Part shown: positions 7,059-15,814 of the stretch, piece after piece | Numbering within the stretch: the first letter of the stretch is position 1 | Layout of the letters: each line of letters opens with the position of its first letter | Assembly (NCBI RefSeq): GCF_014636235.1 | Contig: NZ_BMDZ01000050.1 | Location: forward strand, 18,797-42,796 | DNA: 24,000 nt | Source of the DNA: Tistrella bauzanensis | GTDB lineage: Bacteria; Pseudomonadota; Alphaproteobacteria; Tistrellales; Tistrellaceae | Reading direction: 5' to 3' | The notes under the pieces: model-generated | The model's input: only the letters and a program-made list of their open reading frames with translations | The model's database searches: none | Told to the model about the DNA's origin: nothing | Translations under genes and position numbers: made by a program

Positions 7059-8414
7059 ATGTTCGAGAATCTGTCCGGCCGGCTTGGCGAGGTCTTCGAT
7101 CGCCTGAAGCGCCGTGGTGCGCTGACCGAAGCCGATGTGACCGCCGCCTTGCGTGAAGTGCGCATCGCGCTGCTGGAAGCGGACGTCGCCCTTCCCGTCG
7201 TCAAAGATTTCATCAATGGTGTCCGCGAGCGCGCGGTCGGCCAGGACGTTCTGCGTGGCATCAACCCTGCGCAGATGGTCGTCAAGATCGTCCACGACCA
7301 CCTGACCGAGATGCTGGGCGGCGACGCGGTCGAGATCGACCTGAACGCCGCTCCGCCGGTTGCCATCATGATGGTCGGGCTTCAGGGCTCGGGCAAGACC
7401 ACCACCTCGGCCAAGCTCGCCCGCCGGCTGCGCCTGCGCGACAAGAAGCGCGTGCTGCTGGCCTCGCTCGACGTCTATCGCCCGGCGGCGCAGCAGCAGC
7501 TCGACGTGCTGTCGAAGCAGGCGGAAGTCGGCTGCCTGCCGATCGTGTTCGGCGAGAAGCCGGTGGCGATCGCCCAGCGGGCGATGAAGGTGGCGGCGCG
7601 CGAAGGCTATGACGTCGTCATCCTCGACACCGCCGGCCGCCTGCATATCGACGACGTGCTGATGGATGAGGTCGCCGCCGTCAAGGCCGCGACCCGCCCG
7701 CACGAGACCATTCTGGTCGCCGATGCCATGACCGGCCAGGACGCGGTGACCATCGCCCGCACCTTCCAGGACCGCGTCGGGCTGACCGGCATCGCGCTGA
7801 CCCGGGTCGACGGCGATGCCCGCGGCGGTGCCGCACTTGCCATGCGCTCGGTCACCGGCCGGCCGATCAAGCTGCTGGGCGAAGGCGAGAAACTCGATCA
7901 GCTTGAGACCTTCCACCCCGAACGGATCGCCTCGCGCATCCTGGGCATGGGTGACGTGGTGTCGCTGGTCGAAAAGGCGGCCGAGACCATCGACCGCGAC
8001 GAGGCCGAGAAGCTGGCCGCCAAGATCCAGAAGGGCACCGGCTTCGACCTCGACGACATGGCCAAGCAGCTGCGCCAGCTGCGCAAGATGGGCGGCATGA
8101 AAGGCATGCTCGGCATGCTGCCCGGCATCGGCAAGATGAAGGCGCAACTGAACGACGCCAAGCTGGACGAAAAGCTTCTGGTGCGGCAGGAGGCGATCAT
8201 CATGTCGATGACGCCCACTGAACGCCGGACCCCTGAAATCATCAAGGCGTCGCGCAAGAAGCGCATCGCCGCCGGATCGGGGACCAGCGTGCAGGACGTG
8301 AACCGCCTGCTGAAGCAGCACCAGGACATGAGCAAGATGATGAAACAGGTCGGCAAGCTCGGCAAGAAGGGCATGATGCGCGGCGGCCTGAGCAACCTTC
8401 TGCCGCGGATGTGA
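7059..8414 (+). CDS. ffh: Signal recognition particle protein Ffh (SRP54 GTPase)
   Basis: MFENLSGRLGEVFDRLKRRGALTEADV..., P-loop GLQGSGKTTT, DTAGRL, and a Met-rich M domain (MGGMKGMLGMLPGIGKMK). Confidence 0.95.
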   Translation: MFENLSGRLGEVFDRLKRRGALTEADVTAALREVRIALLEADVALPVVKDFINGVRERAVGQDVLRGINPAQMVVKIVHDHLTEMLGGDAVEIDLNAAPPVAIMMVGLQGSGKTTTSAKLARRLRLRDKKRVLLASLDVYRPAAQQQLDVLSKQAEVGCLPIVFGEKPVAIAQRAMKVAAREGYDVVILDTAGRLHIDDVLMDEVAAVKAATRPHETILVADAMTGQDAVTIARTFQDRVGLTGIALTRVDGDARGGAALAMRSVTGRPIKLLGEGEKLDQLETFHPERIASRILGMGDVVSLVEKAAETIDRDEAEKLAAKIQKGTGFDLDDMAKQLRQLRKMGGMKGMLGMLPGIGKMKAQLNDAKLDEKLLVRQEAIIMSMTPTERRTPEIIKASRKKRIAAGSGTSVQDVNRLLKQHQDMSKMMKQVGKLGKKGMMRGGLSNLLPRM

Positions 8415-8510
8415 TGTGCGCCGCCGCCCTTGCGCGCCGCATCACCCGCCGGCGATACCGACCCTGACCCCGATTTCCGAAACACCCAAGCAAGCCAGGA
8501 CCAGAACCCC

Positions 8511-8891
8511 ATGTCCGTGAAGATCCGCCTGACCCGCCTCGGCGCCAAGAAGAGCCCGGTCTATCGCATCGTGGTCGCCAATTCGCGCAACGCCCGTGAC
8601 GGCGCCTATATCGAAAAGATCGGCATCTACAATCCGCTGGCCGCGAAGGAAGATCCGTCGCGCGTGGTGCTGAATATCGAGCGCGCCCAGTACTGGGTTG
8701 CCTGCGGCGCCCAGCCCACCGATCGCGTCGCCCGCTTCCTGGCCGCCGCCGGCATCGTGACCAAGACCGAGCGCAACAACCCCAAGAAGGGTGCGCCCAA
8801 GGCGAAGGCTCAGGAGCGCCTGAAGGAAGCCGCCGCCGCCCGTGCCGCCGCCGAGGCCGCTGCCGCCGAATCGGCCGGCGCCGAGGCCTGA
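8511..8891 (+). CDS. rpsP: 30S ribosomal protein S16, with an Ala-rich C-terminal tail
   Basis: [42 protein letters not shown] is canonical S16. I take ATG 8511 rather than the track start at 8430. Confidence 0.93.
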   Translation: MSVKIRLTRLGAKKSPVYRIVVANSRNARDGAYIEKIGIYNPLAAKEDPSRVVLNIERAQYWVACGAQPTDRVARFLAAAGIVTKTERNNPKKGAPKAKAQERLKEAAAARAAAEAAAAESAGAEA

Positions 8892-8915
8892 TCCGTCTGA
8901 CCGGCAGGGTTTCCG

Positions 8916-9530
8916 ATGTCTCGCCCTCCCCGCAGCAGCCCACCATCGCGTATGGCCCAGCCGTCGCGCACGGCTCAACCCACCGGCGGTTCCACCGCCG
9001 GTGACGCGGTGCTGGTCGATCCGGCCGAGCTGATCTGCGTCGCGGAATTCGCCGCCCCGCAAGGGGTGCGCGGGCAACTGCGGCTCAGACCGTTCACCGA
9101 GGATCCTGAGGCGGTGGCGGAATACGGGCCGCTCTATGACCGGACCGGCCGGCGCCAGTTCCGCATCCGCATCATCAGCCCCCACAAAGTGGGGCTGGTG
9201 GTGAAGGTGGACGGCGTCGACGACCGCGATGCGGCGGCCGCCCTGACCGGGCTGCAACTCCACGTCCCCCGCGCGGCGCTGCCGCCGATCGAGGATGACG
9301 AGGAGGCGTGGTATCACGCCGACCTGATCGGCCTGGACGTCACCGATACCGGTGGCGTCGCGGTCGGCCAGGTGCGGGCGGTGCATGATTTCGGCGCGGG
9401 CGACGTGCTGGAGATTGCCCGCCCCGGCGGCGCGGAACCCCTGATGCTGCCCTTCACCCGCGACTATGTGCCCGAGATCGACCTGGACCTGAAGCGGATG
9501 GTGATCGATCCGCCAGAGGGCCTGGAATGA
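8916..9530 (+). CDS. rimM: Ribosome maturation factor RimM
   Basis: [27 protein letters not shown]...[11 protein letters not shown]...GDVLEI matches the RimM PRC-barrel pattern, and the position between rpsP and trmD fits. There is a ~35 aa Pro/Ser-rich N-terminal extension; an alternative Met lies 12 codons in. Confidence 0.88.
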   Translation: MSRPPRSSPPSRMAQPSRTAQPTGGSTAGDAVLVDPAELICVAEFAAPQGVRGQLRLRPFTEDPEAVAEYGPLYDRTGRRQFRIRIISPHKVGLVVKVDGVDDRDAAAALTGLQLHVPRAALPPIEDDEEAWYHADLIGLDVTDTGGVAVGQVRAVHDFGAGDVLEIARPGGAEPLMLPFTRDYVPEIDLDLKRMVIDPPEGLE

Positions 9531-9547
9531 GCGGGCCTGGAATGAGC
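9518..9547. repeat. Perfect 15-bp tandem duplication spanning the rimM stop / trmD start junction
   Basis: gggcctggaatgagc at 9518-9532 is repeated exactly at 9533-9547. Each copy carries the ATGA stop/start overlap. Confidence 0.95.
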
Positions 9548-10291
9548 GGCACCGCGCTGAGCGATACCGGCGCGCCCTGGGCTGCAACCGTGCTGACGCT
9601 GTATCCGGAGATGTTTCCGGGGCCGCTCGGCACCTCGCTGGCCGGACGCGCGCTGGAGCGGGATCTGTGGCGGCTGGATGTGACGGCGCTGCGCGATTAC
9701 GGCCTGGGCCGGCATCGCGCGGTCGACGACACGCCGTCGGGCGGCGGCCCCGGCATGGTGATGCGGGCCGATGTGCTGGCGCCCGCGATCGATGCCGCGA
9801 TCGAAAAATGCCCCGGTCAGGCCTTGATTTACTTGACTCCGCGCGGCCAACCGCTTACCCAATCGCGGATCAGACGTCTGGCCGCCGGGCCTGGCGTCGT
9901 TGTCCTGTGCGGCCGGTTCGAAGGCGTCGATCAGCGCCTTCTGGACGCCCGGCCGTTCGAGGAGGTCAGCCTCGGTGATTTCATCCTCTCCGGTGGGGAG
10001 CTTGCGGCGTTGGTCTTGATCGACGCCTGCGTGCGCCTGTTGCCGGGTGTCATGGGCGCGCATGCGTCGCAGGCAGAGGAAAGTTTCGAGGGCGATCTGC
10101 TGGAATATCCGCACTACACCCGCCCGGACATCTGGGAGGGACGCGCGGTGCCGGAGGTTCTGACCTCGGGCCACCACGAGCGGATCCGGTCCTGGCGACA
10201 GGAACGGGCAGAGGCGACGACCCGGGAACGACGGCCCGATCTGTGGGCGCGGCGTGAGGCGCGCCGCCGCAGGGGCGGCGGCGAGACCTGA
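9527..10291 (+). CDS. trmD: tRNA (guanine37-N1)-methyltransferase
   Basis: [22 protein letters not shown]...[13 protein letters not shown]...[11 protein letters not shown]...[14 protein letters not shown]...YTRP are TrmD signatures. The start is ATG 9527 (overlapping the rimM TGA) or the duplicated ATG at 9542. Confidence 0.92.
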   Translation: MSGPGMSGTALSDTGAPWAATVLTLYPEMFPGPLGTSLAGRALERDLWRLDVTALRDYGLGRHRAVDDTPSGGGPGMVMRADVLAPAIDAAIEKCPGQALIYLTPRGQPLTQSRIRRLAAGPGVVVLCGRFEGVDQRLLDARPFEEVSLGDFILSGGELAALVLIDACVRLLPGVMGAHASQAEESFEGDLLEYPHYTRPDIWEGRAVPEVLTSGHHERIRSWRQERAEATTRERRPDLWARREARRRRGGGET

Positions 10292-10496
10292 CGCCGTGCG
10301 GCCTGGATGCACCGGTCATTCAACCGGCGCCACCGGGTTCCGGACGGACAGAACCATGAAGACCTGGACCACCGGTCCATCCCCGGGATGGGCCGTCACC
10401 GAAACTGGCATCGGGATGCGTTGTCCCGCGGCCCATAACAATGCCGGAGGCAGGCGGCCGTCGCCGCCTCGCTGACGTCGAAAAAGGTAGGGTGCG

Positions 10497-10883
10497 ATGA
10501 ACATCATCCAGCAGCTCGAACAGGAGCAGATCGCGCAGCTGACCGCCGCCCGCCCCGTGCCGGATTTCGAGCCCGGCGACACGGTGCGCGTGAATCTGCG
10601 CGTGGTTGAAGGCAACCGCGAGCGCGTGCAGGCCTATGAGGGCGTGTGCATCGCCCGCAAGGGCGGTTCGCTGAACCAGTCGTTCACCGTCCGCAAGATC
10701 TCGTATGGCGAGGGCGTGGAACGCGTGTTCCCGCTGTTCAGCCCGCTGATCGAGAGCATCGACGTGGTGCGCCGCGGCCGGGTGCGTCGTGCGAAGCTGT
10801 ATTACCTGCGCGGCCGGACCGGCAAGTCGGCCCGTATCGCCGAGCGTCGCGACACCCGTCCGGCCAAGGTTGCGGCGAACTGA
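10497..10883 (+). CDS. rplS: 50S ribosomal protein L19
   Basis: [12 protein letters not shown]...[60 protein letters not shown] is canonical L19. Confidence 0.95.
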   Translation: MNIIQQLEQEQIAQLTAARPVPDFEPGDTVRVNLRVVEGNRERVQAYEGVCIARKGGSLNQSFTVRKISYGEGVERVFPLFSPLIESIDVVRRGRVRRAKLYYLRGRTGKSARIAERRDTRPAKVAAN

Positions 10884-10937
10884 TCTGGCCCGCGACCGCG
10901 CGGTCACGACCGATCGCGAACGGACCTCTGACACCGG

Positions 10938-10979
10938 AACCGCCGGCCACCTTGCACGAGGTGGCCGGCGGTTTTCGTA
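10938..10979 (+). terminator. Rho-independent terminator of the rpsP-rplS cluster
   Basis: A perfect 12-14 bp GC-rich stem (aa)ccgccggccacc / ggtggccggcgg(tt) has an 8-nt loop (ttgcacga) and is followed by a TTTT-containing tail (ttttcgtat). It sits 55 nt after the rplS stop. Confidence 0.7.
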
Positions 10980-11064
10980 TGGGCCGTGTGCGGGTGCACG
11001 GTGGCGTGATTGCGGCAGCCGGCGCCATTTGGCTGTTGCCGGAATGCCCAGTTGGTATACCAAA

Positions 11065-11091
11065 ATGGAGCCCCATCTATTAAGCCTATGA
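11065..11091 (+). promoter_or_regulatory. Tentative leucine leader mini-ORF (MEPHLLSL) upstream of leuC
   Basis: ATG GAG CCC CAT CTA TTA AGC CTA TGA has 3 Leu in 8 codons. All three use CTA or TTA, which look very rare in the genes of this window. It lies in an AT-rich island about 150 nt upstream of leuC. I saw no convincing Shine-Dalgarno sequence and no clear terminator or antiterminator. Confidence 0.25.
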
Positions 11092-11242
11092 TTTAGAACA
11101 TTTCTTTCCGCTTCCCAAGCGGACGGCAACATATTATTCTTGCCCTCGACGCAGCCGATGTGAAGCAAAGTGTCGCGTTTCATCGCGACCGGCGTGGTCC
11201 CCGCGCTGCCCTGGCTGCCACCCGAGTGTGAACGAGGAACCG

Positions 11243-12646
11243 ATGTCCGCCCCACGCACCCTGTATGACAAGATCTGGGACAGCCACATGGTCGAGAGCC
11301 GCGAGGACGGCTCGGCCCTGATCTATGTCGACCGCATGCTGATCCACGAGGTCACCAGCCCCCAGGCCTTCGAAGGCCTGCGCGCCGCCGGCCGCACGCC
11401 GCGCCGGCTCGACACGCTGCTGGCGGTGGCCGACCATAACGTGCCGACGATCAAGCGCGCCCAGGGCATCACCGACACGGTCTCGCGCACCCAGGTCGAG
11501 ACGCTGGAGAGCAACTGCGCCGCCTTCGACGTGCCCTATTTCCCGATCATGGACGACCGCCAGGGCATCGTGCATGTGATCGGCCCCGAGCAGGGCTTCA
11601 CCCTGCCCGGCACGGTCATCGTCTGCGGTGACAGCCACACCTCCACCCACGGCGCCTTCGGTGCCCTGGCCTTCGGCATCGGCACCTCCGAGGTCGAGCA
11701 TGTGATGGCGACCCAGACCCTGGTGCAGTCGCCGTCGAAGACCATGCGGATCAATGTCGAGGGCACGCTGGCGCCCGGCGTCGGCCCCAAGGACATCGTG
11801 CTGGCGATCATCGGCCGCATCGGCACCGGTGGCGCCACCGGCCGGGTGGTGGAATATGCGGGCTCGGCGATCCGCGGCCTGTCGATGGAAGGCCGGATGA
11901 CGGTCTGCAACATGTCGATCGAGGCTGGCGCCCGTGCCGGCCTGATCGCCGTCGACGAAAAGACCATCGACTATCTGCGCGGCCGGCCGATGTCGCCCAA
12001 GGGCGATCTGTTCGAACAGGCCGCCGCCTATTGGGGCGGTCTGGTGTCGGATGACGGCGCGGTCTTCGACAGCGAGATCACCCTCGATGCCGACGATATC
12101 GCGCCGCAGGTGACCTGGGGCACCAGCCCGCAGGACGTGGCGCCGATCACCGGTCAGGTGCCGAACCCGGCCGATGTCGCCGACCCGATGCGCCGGGCCG
12201 CGATGGAACGGGCGCTGAAATATATGGGCCTGGAGCCGGGCACCGCCCTTGCCACCGTGCCGGTGCAGAAGGTGTTCATCGGCTCGTGCACCAATGGCCG
12301 GATCGAGGATCTGCGCGAGGCGGCGGCCGTTGCCCGCGGCCGCATGGTCGCGGCCGGCGTGCAGGCGCTGGTGGTGCCGGGATCGGGTCTGGTGAAGAAG
12401 CAGGCCGAGGCGGAGGGTCTCGACAAGGTGTTCGTCGCGGCGGGTTTCGAATGGCGAGATGCCGGCTGCTCGATGTGTCTGGCGATGAATGCCGACCGTC
12501 TGGGCGAGGGCGAGCGCTGCGCCTCGACCTCGAACCGCAATTTCGAGGGGCGCCAGGGCCGTGGCGGCCGCACCCATCTGATGAGCCCGGGCATGGCGGC
12601 GGCGGCGGCCGTGGCCGGCACGCTCGCCGATGTCCGCAGCCTCTGA
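11243..12646 (+). CDS. leuC: 3-isopropylmalate dehydratase large subunit
   Basis: [17 protein letters not shown]...[24 protein letters not shown]...[11 protein letters not shown]...CSMCLAMN...[10 protein letters not shown] has the aconitase-family Fe-S cysteines and the LeuC N-terminus. ATG 11243 has GAGGA upstream. Confidence 0.95.
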   Translation: MSAPRTLYDKIWDSHMVESREDGSALIYVDRMLIHEVTSPQAFEGLRAAGRTPRRLDTLLAVADHNVPTIKRAQGITDTVSRTQVETLESNCAAFDVPYFPIMDDRQGIVHVIGPEQGFTLPGTVIVCGDSHTSTHGAFGALAFGIGTSEVEHVMATQTLVQSPSKTMRINVEGTLAPGVGPKDIVLAIIGRIGTGGATGRVVEYAGSAIRGLSMEGRMTVCNMSIEAGARAGLIAVDEKTIDYLRGRPMSPKGDLFEQAAAYWGGLVSDDGAVFDSEITLDADDIAPQVTWGTSPQDVAPITGQVPNPADVADPMRRAAMERALKYMGLEPGTALATVPVQKVFIGSCTNGRIEDLREAAAVARGRMVAAGVQALVVPGSGLVKKQAEAEGLDKVFVAAGFEWRDAGCSMCLAMNADRLGEGERCASTSNRNFEGRQGRGGRTHLMSPGMAAAAAVAGTLADVRSL

Positions 12647-12697
12647 TCCCGCACCGGGTCCGCCCTTTGGCTCAAGCCCTTCAGAAAGCCCGATCCC

Positions 12698-13312
12698 ATG
12701 GACAAGTTCACCACCCTGACCGGCATCGCCGCGTCGTTCCCGCGGGTCAATATCGATACCGATCTGATCATCCCCAAACAGTACCTGACCACCATCAAGC
12801 GCACCGGTCTGGGCGTCGGCCTGTTCTCGGATGTCCGCTATGACCGCGACGGCAACGAGACCGGCGATTTCGTGCTGAACCAGGCCCCCTGGCGCGATGC
12901 GAAGATCCTGCTGGCCGGCGACAATTTCGGCTGCGGCTCCAGCCGCGAGCATGCCCCCTGGGCGCTGCTCGATTTCGGCATCCGCTGCATCATCGCCCCC
13001 AGCTTCGCCGACATCTTCTATAACAACTGCTTCAAGAACGGCATCCTGCCGGTGACGCTGGACGAGGCACAGGTCAACAGCCTGATGCCGGTGGCGGAGA
13101 ACCCCGAGACGGCGGTGATGACGGTTGATCTGGAGGCGCAGGAGATCCGCGCCGCCGGCCGCGACCCGATCCGCTTCGAGATCGACAGCTTCCGCCGCCA
13201 TTGCCTGCTGGAAGGGCTGGACGATATCGGCCTGACCCTGAAGTCGGAAGGCCGCATCGGCGATTTCGAGGCCCGCCAGAAGGCCAGCCAGCCCTGGCTG
13301 TATGCCTCGTGA
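12698..13312 (+). CDS. leuD: 3-isopropylmalate dehydratase small subunit
   Basis: [30 protein letters not shown]...[45 protein letters not shown] is canonical LeuD. Confidence 0.95.
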   Translation: MDKFTTLTGIAASFPRVNIDTDLIIPKQYLTTIKRTGLGVGLFSDVRYDRDGNETGDFVLNQAPWRDAKILLAGDNFGCGSSREHAPWALLDFGIRCIIAPSFADIFYNNCFKNGILPVTLDEAQVNSLMPVAENPETAVMTVDLEAQEIRAAGRDPIRFEIDSFRRHCLLEGLDDIGLTLKSEGRIGDFEARQKASQPWLYAS

Positions 13313-13338
13313 CCTGCTGAGCTGACAACCAGCCTGCC

Positions 13339-13369
13339 AACCGGCCGCTGGCCCCCGCCACGGCCGGTT
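13339..13369 (+). other. Intercistronic stem-loop between leuD and leuB
   Basis: There is a 9-bp perfect inverted repeat, aaccggccg (13339-13347) / cggccggtt (13361-13369), with a 13-nt loop and no U-tract. Its function is unknown; it could be an mRNA processing or stability element. Confidence 0.35.
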
Positions 13370-13417
13370 CCCCACCTATAAGATCTGCTCTCCCCCTCTC
13401 AGAAAGACGGACGCGAC

Positions 13418-14527
13418 ATGGCCGCCAACAAGAAGCTGCTGATCCTGCCGGGCGACGGCATCGGCCCCGAAGTCATGGGCGAGGTGCGCCGCATCATCGG
13501 CTGGTTCGAGCGCGAGCGCGGGCTCGGCTTCGACATCGAGGAAGATCTGGTCGGCGGCTGCGCCATCGATGCCTATGGCGTGCCGCTCGCCGACAAGACC
13601 CTCGACCTCGCCATGGGCGCCGATGCGGTGCTGCTGGGCGCCGTCGGCGGCCCGAAATGGGAGCCACTGCCCTTCGAGATCCGCCCCGAGCGCGGCCTGC
13701 TGAAGCTGCGCAAGGAAATGCAGCTCTATGCCAATCTGCGCCCGGCGATCGTGTTCGACGAGCTGGCCGATGCCTCGACCCTGAAGCATGAGGTGGTGGC
13801 CGGGCTCGACATCCTGATCATCCGCGAGCTGACCGGCGATCTGTATTTCGGCACCCCGCGCGGTGTGGAAACCCTGCCCGACGGCACCCGCCGTGGCGTC
13901 AACACCATGGTCTACACCTCGCCGGAAGTCCGCCGGGTGGCCAAGATCGCCTTCGATCTGGCCCGCAAGCGCGGCAGCAAGGTGTGCTCGGTCGACAAGG
14001 CCAATGTGGTCGAGACCACCGAGATGTGGCGCGAAGAGGTCATCAAGCTCCATGGCGAGGGCTATGAGGACATTCAGCTCAGCCATATGTATGTCGACAA
14101 TGCCGCCATGCAGCTGGTCCGCAACCCCAAGCAGTTCGACGTGATCGTCACCGGCAACATCTTCGGCGACATCCTGTCGGATGAAGCCGCGATGCTGACC
14201 GGCTCGCTGGGCATGCTGCCCTCGGCCTCGCTGGGCGATCCGGATGAGAGCGGCCGCCGCCGCGCGCTCTACGAACCGGTCCATGGCTCGGCGCCCGACA
14301 TCACCGGCCAGGGCATCGCCAACCCGCTGGCGACGGTGCTGTCCTTCGCGATGATGCTGCGCTATTCCTTCGACATGGACGCCGAGGCGGAGATGGTCGA
14401 GCAGGCGGTGCGCAATGTGCTGAAGAGCGGCCTGCGCACCGGCGACATCATGCAGCCGGGCATGGCCCAGGTGTCGACCACGGTGATGGGCGAGGCGATC
14501 GTCCGCGAACTGGGCAAGCTCGGCTGA
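13418..14527 (+). CDS. leuB: 3-isopropylmalate dehydrogenase
   Basis: [14 protein letters not shown]...[10 protein letters not shown]...[13 protein letters not shown]...[26 protein letters not shown]...[11 protein letters not shown] is canonical LeuB. Confidence 0.95.
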   Translation: MAANKKLLILPGDGIGPEVMGEVRRIIGWFERERGLGFDIEEDLVGGCAIDAYGVPLADKTLDLAMGADAVLLGAVGGPKWEPLPFEIRPERGLLKLRKEMQLYANLRPAIVFDELADASTLKHEVVAGLDILIIRELTGDLYFGTPRGVETLPDGTRRGVNTMVYTSPEVRRVAKIAFDLARKRGSKVCSVDKANVVETTEMWREEVIKLHGEGYEDIQLSHMYVDNAAMQLVRNPKQFDVIVTGNIFGDILSDEAAMLTGSLGMLPSASLGDPDESGRRRALYEPVHGSAPDITGQGIANPLATVLSFAMMLRYSFDMDAEAEMVEQAVRNVLKSGLRTGDIMQPGMAQVSTTVMGEAIVRELGKLG

Positions 14528-14635
14528 CCCTCGCCGGATATCCAGACCGCAGAGGACCAATCGTCGGCCCCTGATCGGGGCGCCCCTTCCCAAACCGGGG
14601 CGGGCCGCCCACATCAGCCCCCGACCGACGCATCA

Positions 14636-14677
14636 GGCGCCCGCAGATCATGGCTTCGGCCGTGGCCTGCGGGCGCC
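14636..14677 (+). terminator. Candidate terminator or stem-loop downstream of leuB
   Basis: There is an 11-bp perfect inverted repeat, ggcgcccgcag (14636-14646) / ctgcgggcgcc (14667-14677). It encloses a small c-UUCG-g hairpin and is followed by gcctattt, a weak U-tract. Confidence 0.4.
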
Positions 14678-14716
14678 GCCTATTTCGACGTCAAGTTCGA
14701 CTTCAAGGATAACGTG

Positions 14717-15802
14717 ATGACCGACGTGATCGCGGTGATCGGTGCCACCGGCGCCACCGGACGTGAAGTGCTCCAGGTTCTGGCGGCGCGGGGGCTGGGC
14801 ACCGACCGGGTGCGGGCACTGGAAACCGAGGTGCAGCGGGGCGAAACGCTGACCTTCGGGGACGATGCCGAGATTTCCGTGACCAGGCTCGCCGATGCCG
14901 ATTTCTCGACCATCACCATCGCGATCTTTGCGGGCCTGCCCGCCATCGCCAAGGTTCACGGGCCGCGGGTTTCGGCCGCCGGCGCGGTGGTCATCGATCT
15001 GACCGGCGCCTATCGCGCCATCGACGGCGTGCCGCAGGCGCTGGTGCCGGTGAACCCGCGCGCGCTCCGCGCCTGGAGCCGGCATCGCGCGGTCGCCTGC
15101 CCGCCGGCGGCGGCGGTGATGATCGCCATGGTCCTGAAACCGCTGGACGATCTGGTACCGGTGGCATCGGTCACCGCCACGGTGCTGCAATCGGTATCGG
15201 GCGTGGGCCGCGCGGCGATGGACGAGTTGTTCACCCAGACCAAGGACGTCTTCATCGGCAACCGCCGCGACCCCGAGCAATTCACCAAGCAGATCGCCTT
15301 CAACGTGCTGGGCGCCGATGCCGAAGACGCCAGCGGCCGCACGCGTGAGGAGCACGAGATCGCCGGCGCCATCGGCGCCGTGGTCGGCCCGGCCATTGCC
15401 GCGCGCGTCGTCACCGCGCGGGTGCCGGTGTTCATCGGCGATACCATCGGCCTGTCGGTCACCTTCCGCGACAGCGTCGACGCCGCCGCCGCCTGGAACG
15501 CGCTGCATTCGGCACCGGGTCTGGCGGTGACGGCCCCCGCCCCCGGCACCGAGGCCGATGCCGACAGCCCCACCACCCCGATCGAGATCGTGGGCGAGGC
15601 CCCGGTCTATGTCGTGCGGCTGATGAGCGACCAGGGCGACCCGAACACGCTTGATCTGTGGCTGGTGGCCGACAACCTGCATCGCGGTCAGGCATTGACG
15701 GCGGTGGAGATCGCCGAGGCGCTGCTGCGCGACCACCTGACCCCACGCCTGGGCCATGCCGGGCGGGAAGCCTCCCCGGATACCTCCACCCCCGACGCCT
15801 GA
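14717..15802 (+). CDS. Aspartate-semialdehyde dehydrogenase-like protein (USG-1-like paralog; catalytic residues apparently not conserved)
   Basis: The protein is collinear with alpha-type Asd: VIGATGATGREVLQVL (Rossmann fold), LKPL, QSVSGVGRAAMDEL, FTKQIAFNV, ARVPVF, LWLVADNLHRGQALTAVEIAE. However, the ANPNCST active-site box reads ACPPAAA, and the GH(S/A) box reads GDT. I take ATG 14717 (AAGGA 8 nt upstream); the track uses GTG 14714. Confidence 0.8.
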   Translation: MTDVIAVIGATGATGREVLQVLAARGLGTDRVRALETEVQRGETLTFGDDAEISVTRLADADFSTITIAIFAGLPAIAKVHGPRVSAAGAVVIDLTGAYRAIDGVPQALVPVNPRALRAWSRHRAVACPPAAAVMIAMVLKPLDDLVPVASVTATVLQSVSGVGRAAMDELFTQTKDVFIGNRRDPEQFTKQIAFNVLGADAEDASGRTREEHEIAGAIGAVVGPAIAARVVTARVPVFIGDTIGLSVTFRDSVDAAAAWNALHSAPGLAVTAPAPGTEADADSPTTPIEIVGEAPVYVVRLMSDQGDPNTLDLWLVADNLHRGQALTAVEIAEALLRDHLTPRLGHAGREASPDTSTPDA

Positions 15803-15814
15803 ACGGAACCGCAG

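Noticed and set aside
6853-7156. 84-aa and 90-aa + strand ORFs in the iclR-ffh gap
   Set aside because: They overlap each other and run into ffh in the wrong frame. They have no RBS and an Arg/Gly-rich composition. The gap is treated as non-coding.
10254-10475. A 73-aa ORF (or its internal 39-aa MKTWTTGPS... version) in the trmD-rplS spacer
   Set aside because: It overlaps the trmD 3' end out of frame, and has no SD sequence and no recognisable features. There is not enough support to call a small protein.
10320-11255. A 311-aa minus-strand ORF starting in the AT-rich island ([17 protein letters not shown]...)
   Set aside because: It continues antisense through the rplS terminator and the whole of rplS. 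Only the first ~50 codons lie in intergenic DNA, and there is no domain or SD support.
11180-13375. A 731-aa minus-strand ORF spanning leuC-leuD
   Set aside because: It lies exactly antisense to two genes with unmistakable LeuC/LeuD sequences. Its translation is Arg/Ala/Gly-rich low-complexity sequence, typical of stop-free antisense frames in high-GC DNA.
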